A DNA stretch of 61,305 nt, the filler included. It is 12 parts of 12 records of this genome, joined end to end, with 100 filler letters (N's around TTAATTAATTAA, not from the genome) between each part and the next. Parts side by side here need not be neighbours in the genome. Positions count along the whole stretch, not along the records: positions 8,514 to 12,724 come from SRR15195285_8443; positions 12,825 to 17,087 come from SRR15195285_8472; positions 17,188 to 23,210 come from SRR15195285_8483; positions 23,311 to 27,563 come from SRR15195285_8486; 8 more parts are not named here. The stretch is one strand, 5' to 3'. This document shows, one piece after another, positions 11,501 to 23,312 of the stretch. Position 1 is the first letter of the stretch; each line of letters opens with the position of its first letter. The position numbers were made by a program, and so were the translations under genes. The notes under the pieces were generated by a model. That model worked only from the letters and a program-made list of their open reading frames with translations. It was not told where the DNA came from and ran no database searches.

Positions 11501-12417
11501 CCAGAGGACTCTCGGACCAGATACTTCCTCGGAAGCCACTTGCCGTTCTCGACCTGGATCCAACTTTCAGTCTCACGCTGCGCATAGTGAACAGAATCAT
11601 TCCTTGCCGCGACTGGCTTTTGATCCTCATCCTCACCGCGATCGTCATAATCTGGACTGTCGCGATAAAATAAGTCGTGAGCAATGAAATGTGGCACACT
11701 GACTCGAAAGACGGCATTGCTTCGCGTGCCAAAGTCAAACTGTTTCGTACGCTTGCCGTGGCTAACCGTGAGCGATCCACCACTAGCAGCGGCTGGGAGA
11801 ACTACTACCATAGTGCCGAACGTGGGTAAACCGCGGTGGGTCTCGGGCAGTCGTTCGTTCACTCCGAAGCTGGAGCCTCCCGGTTCATTCAGCACAGCCT
11901 TGCGCAACTCGAAGCTAACGTCCCCGGCGGCGCATCCCAGCGTCGAGGCGGTCCTTCGAATCAGTGCCTTGAGTTTGACGTTCCACTGCGGGTTGCGGAA
12001 ACTCAGCTGGCGCGGCTGCAGCTCCCAGGAGCACCCCGTTGAGTCCGCGGGGGAGCGTTCTGCCACGCGTTTGAGCGTGGCAGCGTCGTGCTCGCGGATC
12101 GGCAGGCTCACGGGCCCGACTCCCAAAACGTGCAGACCTGGCAGACCCGGCATTTCCACCGCCGCCCCGCCGTCCGCGAACTCGCCGACGCGTGCGCTAC
12201 TTGCAAGTGCTTTGACCAAGAGCTCACGCACGTCATCGGCCTCGTCGTCCGGAGCTCCGGTGTAGCTGTCTGAGCGGCGCAGTGGCTGAGTGGAGCCGTA
12301 AGAGCTCTTGACCCCGCCAGTTAGCGGTGCCCCTGAGCCTACCGTGCGCGTGCCAAGTTGCCTCCGGGGCTTGCGGGCTCCCGTGCTCTTGCGCGCGGTT
12401 TGCTTTGTGCGCGCCAT
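8514..12417 (-). CDS. Histone H3-tail / degenerate 2OG-Fe(II) oxygenase fusion with SH3-like, ZZ-like and Tudor-like modules; 3' truncated in poly-Q
   Basis: Begins MARTKQTARKSTG...APLTGGVK with no histone fold. Followed by PGL.V.GVG.V.LP, SWEL.P.Q.SF.NP.W, FGTMVVVLP..ASGG.L.V.H and V.SGYRLALVY.L motifs of the fungal/oomycete 2OG-FeII_Oxy_3-type family. Cys cluster CDGC..HSCTFCDLDACHACY; GAKVEYFSRSANRWIPC. Confidence 0.8.
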
Positions 12418-12535
12418 TGTGTGCCGCGTCGACGCCAGCAGGGACGCGGTGGGACGCGCACCGACTCGCGCACGAGCACGTGTGTCACGCGCACGCGGAC
12501 GCGCAGGCTGACCTACGCTACCGGCGTATGATCCG

Positions 12536-12549
12536 GGTAGGATCCTACC
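12536..12549. promoter_or_regulatory. Recurrent upstream palindrome (G)GTAGGATCCTAC(C)
   Basis: Perfect 14-bp palindrome about 120 nt upstream of ATG 12417. Same core at 1486-1495 and 55766-55777, and a one-mismatch copy at 43820-43829. Regulatory role is inferred. Confidence 0.4.
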
Positions 12550-12824
12550 GTACCCGGTACCCGCTCGAGTACCGTTGGATGGAGGGTAGACGCTTTTGTT
12601 GAGTCTACTATCATAGTACCCTCGTGGTTGGTTGGATCTTGGATGTCCGCCTTTCCCCAGCGCACCAAACCGGGTTGTGGATTCTTTCTCACGAACACGG
12701 GTTAGAAATGGAATTCATTGTTGTNNNNNNNNNNNNNNNNNNNNNNNNNNNNNNNNNNNNNNNNNNNNTTAATTAATTAANNNNNNNNNNNNNNNNNNNN
12801 NNNNNNNNNNNNNNNNNNNNNNNN

Positions 12825-12853
12825 ACACACACACACACACAGAGAGAGAGAGA
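12825..12853. repeat. (CA)n(GA)n microsatellite at contig start
   Basis: Direct reading. Confidence 0.9.
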
Positions 12854-12941
12854 GCCACAGCGCGCACCCACCACTGGTTTGCCCCCCACCCCCCCGACCT
12901 GCCGGGCTGCTGCGTGTGCTTCGTTGCCCACGCGTGGTGGC

Positions 12942-14324
12942 ATGGATCGGAGTGCGTTAGACGACGAGCTCGCAGACTTCTTCAGCAGCGAGGACGAGGA
13001 TGATGCTGCCCAACCAGCACCTGAGCCCCGCACGCAAACTGGTTTGCATGAAGGCGCGGGAGAAGCAGCGACAGTGACAGGAGTGGTAGCAGTGGCAGGA
13101 GCGATGCGAACCACAGCGGGGGTGGCGCCACCACCACCACCGTCCCTTAGTCGAGCGCGAGGCGTGCCGACACTGCAGCGTCGCTGCTGTGAGTGGCTTG
13201 CCCGCAACCTCGGTGCACTGGATGATTTGGACGACTTGCCGGAGCATTTGTCATCCCAAGTCAAAGAGGCGATCGAGGCCGACCGTAGGTTGCTCGAGGA
13301 CGACGGTCTGGATGTCTGGCTAGCAGCAGTGGTGAAATCTGGAGCGACGACGGCACTGTGCCTACGCTGGGCGTCAGGCCTGACTGATGTGGGCATGGTC
13401 GCCCTGGCTGAAGAAGAAGAGTGGGTGTCTCGCCTCTGCCGGTTGGACATTGCCTTTTGCTCGGGCGTGGGCGACCGAGGCTTGCAGCTTGTGGCAGCTA
13501 TGGCGCCACAGCTTCTGTCGCTCGCAATCTCGGGCTGCCGCAGCATCACAGATCAAGGCATCGCAGCCGTCGGATCGTCAGTGCGTGGACTGGAAACGAT
13601 GGAGATGGAGATGCTCACCAAGGTCAGCGACTTTGGCGTCCAGGCCCTTGTTCGAGGTTGCCCGAAGCTGGAGGTGCTGCTGCTTGGTGGGTGCTCACAG
13701 CTGAGCAACATCTCGACCCAGCTAATCGTCGACTACCTTGCTCCCTCCTTACGAAGACTTGACCTCGGCGGTCTACCGACCATCATCGATATGGATCTCG
13801 AGGACCTTCGTCGCTGCACTGCGTTGGAGAGCCTTTCAGTTCGTGCCTGCGCGAAGCTTACTGATGGCGGGATGCTGCACCTGGCGACATTGTGCAAGCA
13901 CCAAGCAAAACGGGCGACTGCTACTGTCGCCGAAGAAAGCGAAAGCAGAGGAGGAACTCACGCAGAAGCAGGCACGAGTGCTCTTGGTCTTGCGTCATTG
14001 GATTTAGGCGGGCTGGTTCGGCTAACTGGTAGTGGTTTGTCCAAATGTTTGCGTCACGCCACAATGCTGACATCACTAGACCTCAGCGGCTGCACCGGCC
14101 TCTCGGCCCCAGGTTTCGTGGACGCAATCGGAGCATTGCCAGTCGAGCAACGGCGGCGGCTAACGCGGCTGACAATGACAGGATTCGTCACGGGGCAATC
14201 TGAAGCTGGATCAATGCTAGCTCCGACTGCAGCGCGCCAGCAGAGCGGCACGTGGGCAGCGAGTTCGACATGGGAGCGTTTGCAGCAGCTGCTCGGTCCA
14301 CAGGCAACGATTACATTCGAATGA
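12942..14324 (+). CDS. Leucine-rich-repeat protein (LRR_CC, AMN1/RAD7/FBXL-like)
   Basis: Repeated L..L.L.GC..ITD.G units; N-terminal VPTLQRRC..LA.NL..L..LP (BC-box/RAD7-like). ATG 12942, TGA 14322-14324. Confidence 0.8.
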   Translation: MDRSALDDELADFFSSEDEDDAAQPAPEPRTQTGLHEGAGEAATVTGVVAVAGAMRTTAGVAPPPPPSLSRARGVPTLQRRCCEWLARNLGALDDLDDLPEHLSSQVKEAIEADRRLLEDDGLDVWLAAVVKSGATTALCLRWASGLTDVGMVALAEEEEWVSRLCRLDIAFCSGVGDRGLQLVAAMAPQLLSLAISGCRSITDQGIAAVGSSVRGLETMEMEMLTKVSDFGVQALVRGCPKLEVLLLGGCSQLSNISTQLIVDYLAPSLRRLDLGGLPTIIDMDLEDLRRCTALESLSVRACAKLTDGGMLHLATLCKHQAKRATATVAEESESRGGTHAEAGTSALGLASLDLGGLVRLTGSGLSKCLRHATMLTSLDLSGCTGLSAPGFVDAIGALPVEQRRRLTRLTMTGFVTGQSEAGSMLAPTAARQQSGTWAASSTWERLQQLLGPQATITFE

Positions 14325-14444
14325 GCATATAATGGCTGGGCGAGGAGCGTGACGGTGCAAACAATGCAGGTTGCAGCTTTATTTTTGCAGCACTTTCTTG
14401 CTGTGAAGAGCATCTTAGGCATGGGGGCCCAGATCAGACCCGAA

Positions 14445-16826
14445 TCAGCCAATCTGTAGCCCCGTGCCTGTGAACCGGAATTTTCCGAGCGTCCTCGGGC
14501 TCGGCAACGGCGCGGGTTCCGCTGTTGTAGGCCCCGAACCGGCTGTTTCTGCGACACTCGCTAATGGCGCTCCACCTGGTGCTGCCGCGGTGTCCACCAC
14601 ATCCGTCTCAGACGATACCAGAAGAAGAGATGCTGCATCTGCATCTGCCGCTGCTGCTTTCGCCTTCAGTCTCGCAGCATGAGCGAGCTTGCGTTGCTGC
14701 TTCCGCTCCGCACGATTGAGCTTCTTCGGCGCTTCTACGTCGGCTCCAGAGCTGTTGCCATTAGCATCACCGGTCGCGCAATCAGCATCAGCGTGAGAAC
14801 CTGTGCGGTCCTCCACGAAGAGTTGCTGGTCCTGCTGGTCCTGCTGGTCCTGTTGGTTGCACTGAGCCTCTTTCTGCTCGACAGTAGTTGCAGTGGGCTC
14901 TTCTCCTTGTGAGCTTCTCGAGCCAGCAGCTGCAGAGTCCGCCTTGCTGTCGCCCTGGCTCTCTACTATCGCAGTCTTCGGGCGCTTGGCAGCATCGTTG
15001 CTGCCGTGAGGTTCAGTGGCTTTGGTCGTCCCACTGTCTTCGTCCTCAATCTTGCTCTCCTCAACGTTGGCCTCAGGCTGCTTACGCTTCAGGCTAGATG
15101 ACTGGTCCTCTGAAGGAATGTTTGATACTTTCTCTTCGGCATCGTTCTTGTTTTGCGCCTCCTCAGACTTTCTTTTGGTCAGTTTTTTGCGGTGCTTCTT
15201 GGCCCTCTTCTTGGCTTGCTTTCTCGCAGCGGCATCGTCCGCATCGGTGACAGCAGCTGTCGTATCCGCAGCGGAAATCTCAACATCAGCGGGTGCATCT
15301 GTGGGCGCATCGTTAGGCCGTTTTTCGTCTGTCTGACTTGGCGCATCACCGGCCAGCCTTTTCTTGCCCTTTCGTTGCTTCTTCTGAGTTGGACTGGGGG
15401 TTGCTGCTGCCAATCGCTTGCTCAAGAGTGCCTCAGCCGCCACCGTCAGCATCGGAGACTGTGCAAGCGGCGACGGTGTGGAAGCACGGCCACTTGATTT
15501 GGTCGGAGAAGCGGATCCCACAGATAGCTGCAGTCGTAGCAGACGTCGGGCGGTATGCGCCAGGTGCTGGCGTAGCGCGTTTCGCTGGAGTAGCTCCATG
15601 CAGAAAGATGTGGCCAGATGTCTACCGGTGGCTTCCGCATCGTCTGTGTCAGGCTTTGTGTGCTGATCAAACTGCACGGTGCCATCCCTACTCACTGGAA
15701 CCCACCGCACATCAATCGTGCTCTGCTCCTTTGCCGTTTTGGTCGCCAGTGAGGCCTTTTTCGACGCTTTCCACGCGGCAAACTTCTCCGCCAAGTCCGC
15801 TTGTTCGGCAGGCAAAAGGTATACCCAAAGAGCATACTTGCCGCGCGGCTGCCACAGCACGTGCCGTCCACGGGCGCCCTTCAGCATGTCGATTGATGCT
15901 TGAGTAAGCGGAGCACTGTTGCTGCCTTCAGCCTCAGCCGACAAGGCGTACCCAATATCCTCGTCAAACTCCCGAGCAGCCGTTGCAACGGCACTGTCAT
16001 CATCTGCCTCGCGGCTCCCTCCAATCGGGTGGAGAAAGGTGCCCTCAACCCTACCGCTAGCAGCCTTCGCTTTTGCAGCGCTTTTGTTGCGGCCACGAAT
16101 TGCCCAGTCCTGACGTCGCTCAAGCGCCAAAAGAACTTCGAGTGTACCATCAGGCGCGCGGCGCATCGGGAGCACGCCAGCCGCTTTGTAGCCAGCTGCT
16201 TCAGCAGGTCGTAGCTCGCGAGCCAGATATGGCTGCAGCTCAGTGGGCGTGGCGCGCGGAGATGGTTTGGCGGCGGCCTGCGCGCACTCGATGCACCGTG
16301 CCGGCCTGTGCACGGCCATCTTTCGCTGCCTCGACGAGAACAGGTTGTTCGCTTTCGTACAACCACAGCCAGCACAGGTCAGTCCCTCTTCTGCAGCAGC
16401 ATCAGCACTTCGTGGTGTCGCCGAGGTTGCTGCCGCTGGAGCTGATGCCTCGGGAGATGCCGGCGAGTCGGTTGTGGCTTCACTTGTCTTTGCGGATGAT
16501 GAGACGGTGGTTCCTGGAGCCGGCAACACCGGGGAGGAGTGCTTCTCCGTGCGCTCGGCCTTCGTCACCGTGGGCTTGATCGTGGCCTTGAGCCGATTGA
16601 TCGCACGAAACAGCGTCTTGCGGTGGCCGAGCACAAGACCCAGTTCACTCCGCACTTCTTCGGTCGTCAGCTCCAGCAGCGCGCAACCATCAATCTGGTT
16701 CGCCGAGAACGCCGCAGCCGCGCTCTGCGGCAGCCCCACCGCCTTCGGGTCTGTCAGAAACTCCACCACATCATCCGGCGTCCAGTCTCGGGGCGACTCC
16801 GGTCGAGTCCGCACCGAAGCCACCAT
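14445..16826 (-). CDS. SAM + Stc1-like C4 zinc finger + Nudix hydrolase protein with disordered basic C-terminus
   Basis: SAM: WTPDDVVEFL...F.ANQIDG.ALL.L...LGL.LGHRK. Finger: C.GC...FS.RQ....RC.EC. Nudix: AAGVLP..EVLLALE..GGSREADDDSAVATAAREFDEDIG. Confidence 0.75.
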   Translation of the reverse strand: MVASVRTRPESPRDWTPDDVVEFLTDPKAVGLPQSAAAAFSANQIDGCALLELTTEEVRSELGLVLGHRKTLFRAINRLKATIKPTVTKAERTEKHSSPVLPAPGTTVSSSAKTSEATTDSPASPEASAPAAATSATPRSADAAAEEGLTCAGCGCTKANNLFSSRQRKMAVHRPARCIECAQAAAKPSPRATPTELQPYLARELRPAEAAGYKAAGVLPMRRAPDGTLEVLLALERRQDWAIRGRNKSAAKAKAASGRVEGTFLHPIGGSREADDDSAVATAAREFDEDIGYALSAEAEGSNSAPLTQASIDMLKGARGRHVLWQPRGKYALWVYLLPAEQADLAEKFAAWKASKKASLATKTAKEQSTIDVRWVPVSRDGTVQFDQHTKPDTDDAEATGRHLATSFCMELLQRNALRQHLAHTARRLLRLQLSVGSASPTKSSGRASTPSPLAQSPMLTVAAEALLSKRLAAATPSPTQKKQRKGKKRLAGDAPSQTDEKRPNDAPTDAPADVEISAADTTAAVTDADDAAARKQAKKRAKKHRKKLTKRKSEEAQNKNDAEEKVSNIPSEDQSSSLKRKQPEANVEESKIEDEDSGTTKATEPHGSNDAAKRPKTAIVESQGDSKADSAAAGSRSSQGEEPTATTVEQKEAQCNQQDQQDQQDQQLFVEDRTGSHADADCATGDANGNSSGADVEAPKKLNRAERKQQRKLAHAARLKAKAAAADADAASLLLVSSETDVVDTAAAPGGAPLASVAETAGSGPTTAEPAPLPSPRTLGKFRFTGTGLQIG

Positions 16827-16892
16827 CCCTCTCCTCCCCTCCCCTCTGATCTCCTCTAGAGCAAGCTGCCGCCGCGCTCAGAGAGCAAGAGC

Positions 16893-16962
16893 AAGCCCAA
16901 CAACACCGCCCCGAAGCCCAACAACACCGCCCTGAAGCCCAACAACACCGCCCTGAAGCCCA
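16893..16962. repeat. 21-bp minisatellite AAGCCCAACAACACCGCCCYG x3.3
   Basis: Units at 16893, 16914 and 16935, partial at 16956; 67 nt upstream of the SAM-Nudix start codon. Confidence 0.92.
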
Positions 16963-17619
16963 GCAGCGTGCCGTCGTGCGTCTCAACCGCCGTGCGAAGT
17001 CCGAACTGTCAACTGATGTGGGAAGCGGCGCTGGACGGCATTCCCGACTGCCGATTCCGGAGAAGGCACACTCTCGGTCTCGAGGAANNNNNNNNNNNNN
17101 NNNNNNNNNNNNNNNNNNNNNNNNNNNNNNNTTAATTAATTAANNNNNNNNNNNNNNNNNNNNNNNNNNNNNNNNNNNNNNNNNNNNATTTGCAATTCGT
17201 GTGTGGTACTGAATTCCCATTTACGCCCAGAATTTACGTCACAACACAAAGTCAATGTGAAGTTAGCTCGAAACCTACTAGATCTAGATCTATCCTAGAT
17301 AAGGGTTCTCTCGAAGATCCCCGAGGCGTTTTCGACCGACGTTGGCGGCCATCCAGCCAGCCAGCAGAAGCGCGTGCCCCTGCCAGCCAGAGCCGCCACC
17401 ATGACCATCCCTGCCCGAGCCCTTTGAGTGTAGAGCTGGACGCGCCCACCGCCGCAGCGTCGACAGCGCTGAGTGGGCTGGGGACCCTGGCCTGAGCGGC
17501 CTTGCCGTACGTCATCGCGGGAGACTAGCTGCGGCAAGCGGGTGGCCCGGTGGGAGCCCGGCAGTGCGGGCTGCGGTGCGGCGCAGATAAACCGGTTGTT
17601 GTTTTTGCTTCACTGCGGG

Positions 17620-19704
17620 ATGAGGAACGACCAGCATGAAGGGTGCACGGTACACGTGGGCGGTGTGACGGGGTTTCTCGAGAAGGAGCCCTTGCTGCAT
17701 GATTTCTGTGAGGATCATTTTGGGACGGTGCTGGCAGCCACGGTGCGCATCAGGAACCACGTCCCCGGAAAGACCTCCTGGGCGATGGTCACTTTCAGCA
17801 CGAAGGAGTGTGCGGAGCAGATGATCATGATCCTGGGTCCAGATATCGTCTTAGATCCCAAGTACCCTGGGAACGAGCACGACACGCTGCATACGCTGAA
17901 AGAGAAGCAGAGGCTGCAGAATTACTACAAAGCGGAGCGCTCGGAGATCGTGGGGGAGAATCCCGAAGAGGGCGCTGCCATCATCGGTATTGGGCCGGTT
18001 CGGAGGGTGGACCGGCTGCAAGTGTGGGGGAGTAGTGGAAGCATGGGCAAAGTGTTTGCCAAGCATCAGCTTCAGGTGCAGAAACAGCTCCTATTCCTGA
18101 AGCGGCGGGTGAAGCCAAGCCGCGAACGGTACGCAGATGCTGTGCTTGCCAGCCGTCTCAAGCGGGGCTATCAGGAGCCCGGCTATCTTGTCGTACTCAA
18201 GGATGAGTTGCTGCAGCACAATCCAAACCACAGAGGATGGGACGTGCGTGTGCGCCCCAAAGATCGCATGTTCGACCTGATGCGAAAGATTCGGGAGCGT
18301 GTGGACGGTATGGCCGATGCAGAGGGGATCGTTCGCAACGACACGGAGGTACAGCTGGGCCGGAAACGACGCATCCGGACCGTCAGGCAGATGAAGCACT
18401 CTCGCACCTACCTGATACGACGTCGTTCCGCGGCGCTGGGGACAGTTGAGGCCTTGGAGATAGCAATGCGCTTTGAACAGGACGACCCGAATTTCAAGTG
18501 GGTACATAAGAAGACCAGTAAGCACCAGCTTGTGGTCACCATGCAGCGGATTTACCGCCAAAAGACGGATCGGCAGCAAAAATACGAACAGCAACTACAC
18601 ATGGTGAGGGCCCGAGCTGCAATGGTGTTGCAGAGATCGTGGCGAAAGTGGATGACGCGGCAAATATGCAGTGCTCTTCACACTTTTAAAACGCCCCGTT
18701 TCCGCACGCTTGAAATGACGTTCACAGGGGCCGTGGAAGCCAGAGCGACGAAATCTACCTCCAAGTGGGGAAAAGTTCGGTCACAACTAGCGGAAACCGA
18801 TAGGATTAAGCAGCAGCTTGGGAAGAGAAGCGCAATAGCAGACGAAAACGCACGCAAACAACGCCTAGCGCGTGGGCACTGGGACGACCTTCGCCAACAG
18901 GATGCTTTCCGAACCGTAGTCATGCGCAAGACACTTGATGGCGATTTCGCCGGAGCGTTTCGGCATGTTCGGACGGCGCAGGCAGCCCTCAATGCACGTT
19001 ACGAACTGCAGTGGAAGAAAACTGCCGTATTGGCACAAGATCGAGCTAATGCTGCTGCGGTTGAGGCAGCACGGGTACATCAGGAGCTCGCGTTAACCCA
19101 AAGGCGTTGGCAGGGAGCAAGGAACCGTGTTGTGACCATTGAGGCAGCAACCAAAGATGCGAAAACAAGAAATGTTCGCGGGGGCAGTGTGTCTAGCTCG
19201 GCGGACGATGTACGCTTTATGAATTCAGCGGCAAAGGCGGCGTACATGTATGGCCGCGCCAGACAGCAACGCGCGAGGGCAGCGTGTTTAGCGAAGCCGG
19301 CTTGTCGCGTCTGCCCACCACCGCGGCCGGCACCCATGTCAACGGCCAATTACATTGTCAGCGGAGGCGAAGACTGCTCGTGGAACGAGCCTGTGGCTCC
19401 AGTACCGACACCGACCGGGTCTAAAGAGAAAGCGCTCCTGATGAGCGGTGGGTCGCCGTCGTCATCACCTTCGCTGCGGCAGCAAAGGGCGAGGCTATCG
19501 ACAAAACGGCTGCTCGCACGCCGCGGCTATCTGACGCCTCGTGATCTCGCGAGGATAGAGGCAATGCACGGCTTCGGCACCCCGGGCTCACCTAGTCGCA
19601 CGGCTCGACCGTCGTCCGCCGTGCTGGGAGCAGTAGCTGGCGAAACACCGGGTATGGAGAAGGCTCCTCAATCGGCTCGGCCCGCCTCTGCCCCGGGACG
19701 CTGA
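17620..19704 (+). CDS. RRM-like domain + IQ-motif/coiled-coil protein
   Basis: TVHVGGV...FGTVLAATVRIR...SWAMVTF (RNP-like); AAMVLQRSWRKWMTR (IQ-like). First ATG at 17620. Confidence 0.6.
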   Translation: MRNDQHEGCTVHVGGVTGFLEKEPLLHDFCEDHFGTVLAATVRIRNHVPGKTSWAMVTFSTKECAEQMIMILGPDIVLDPKYPGNEHDTLHTLKEKQRLQNYYKAERSEIVGENPEEGAAIIGIGPVRRVDRLQVWGSSGSMGKVFAKHQLQVQKQLLFLKRRVKPSRERYADAVLASRLKRGYQEPGYLVVLKDELLQHNPNHRGWDVRVRPKDRMFDLMRKIRERVDGMADAEGIVRNDTEVQLGRKRRIRTVRQMKHSRTYLIRRRSAALGTVEALEIAMRFEQDDPNFKWVHKKTSKHQLVVTMQRIYRQKTDRQQKYEQQLHMVRARAAMVLQRSWRKWMTRQICSALHTFKTPRFRTLEMTFTGAVEARATKSTSKWGKVRSQLAETDRIKQQLGKRSAIADENARKQRLARGHWDDLRQQDAFRTVVMRKTLDGDFAGAFRHVRTAQAALNARYELQWKKTAVLAQDRANAAAVEAARVHQELALTQRRWQGARNRVVTIEAATKDAKTRNVRGGSVSSSADDVRFMNSAAKAAYMYGRARQQRARAACLAKPACRVCPPPRPAPMSTANYIVSGGEDCSWNEPVAPVPTPTGSKEKALLMSGGSPSSSPSLRQQRARLSTKRLLARRGYLTPRDLARIEAMHGFGTPGSPSRTARPSSAVLGAVAGETPGMEKAPQSARPASAPGR

Positions 19705-20587
19705 TGAACGTTCACGGACACGACAGGTCCCTGGACATGCATCCATCGCTACTGCTGATGGAGGAGAATTGTGCAAAGAAGGCACCGGACGGAATACCAC
19801 GGCTGTCAAATTCCAGCTATCAAATTCCGACAGCTGGAATTTTACGCACCTTCGCGATGGTGCGGGCCAAAAAGTGTGTACTATTTAGATCTATGCATAC
19901 AGTTCGTGATCAGTTCATTTGCGCAGCAGCTGAGCAAAGTGCAGGTGAAATGCCCGAGCACAAATGGATAGACCAATTTATGTTGGCTTCAGCCTTGCAG
20001 CCTCTGCACACACTAGTCGCGGCTGTAATACTTTCTCAGCATCCAGAGCAGCTTTGGTTTTCTTCTTTGCCTTTGCTTTGGGGTGAGCGTTGTTGCAATC
20101 CACAAAGCTCACCACCGATGTGCACCGATGAGTCTGGATGCTCCTGCCACTCCTTGACCAGGATCGATCGACGCAAAGAACACGGCTGCGACGCGGCAGC
20201 AGCCTAAGCGGTGCCCAGCGCCGAGTGAGGTTATCGTATATCGTCCCATGGAACGTGTGGCGCAACACAGTGCCCACAGAGTGCGAACGACTATGCTTAT
20301 TACACGTGGACATGAACTTAATGGAGCTTACATTAGAATACAGTGGACAGTTGAATAACAGGTCATCCTAGTGGCCAGAGCATTCCACAGAGAGAGTCAG
20401 GGAGAGAGAGAGGAAGAGAGAGGTACAATTGTGTCAACAATGCACATTGCTCACGTGACCAGATAGCCACAGACTGTGTTCTCGCAGCCGGCAGATTCGA
20501 GTAGGGTATTCACTGATGGCAATCAAGCGGTACACAATGCATGCAGGCACGTCCTCTTGGTGTAGAGACTAAGTCTGCATGTTGGCA

Positions 20588-22616
<2,029 letters not shown>

Positions 22617-23312
22617 CCTCCCTGCGCCTTCGCACCACCCGCCTCCTCCTCGTCTGCGCCTCTGACCCTCGCCCTGCGAGCACCACGCCCGGCACACAGT
22701 ACTATATCCCGCTCAGCGCGGCCTCGATGAGCCACTGCCAGTGCCACCGGCGGGATAGATCAATGTGTACACACACCGTAGTTTTGGTCCGAAAGGCACA
22801 TCGAATTTTCAATGTGGCTGTGCCCGAACGTTTGGAAAATGTGTGCAGGATTCTATACTACAGTTTATGTCCATACTCTGAGTAGCAGCACACCCTGGTT
22901 TTCATGAAGTGTTACCTGTGCATGTACGTATGTGATGTGCGCTTAGCTTCAAAACCACGGCTGGAATTGCTACTAGATCTATTCATAATACCCTCGCTCC
23001 CCCTCGCGTTCGAGTCCCCTTGCGATTGCTCGGTCGAGGACGGTCACCTCATCGCTCATGTCATGCCCGCGGTGAACTGTACTACCGGTACAGATCGATT
23101 TATTTTTTCTAATCAAAATCACAGGGCTATACAGCCATACCCACGCGCACACATGCATCGCGACTCAGGTCTACGATCTTAAAAGTGGGTATGTCGGCGG
23201 CCCCGGGCTANNNNNNNNNNNNNNNNNNNNNNNNNNNNNNNNNNNNNNNNNNNNTTAATTAATTAANNNNNNNNNNNNNNNNNNNNNNNNNNNNNNNNNN
23301 NNNNNNNNNNTG

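Noticed and set aside
12307-12417. A histone H3 gene or variant
   Set aside because: No histone fold (YRPG...LREIR) follows; the frame runs directly into an unrelated domain.
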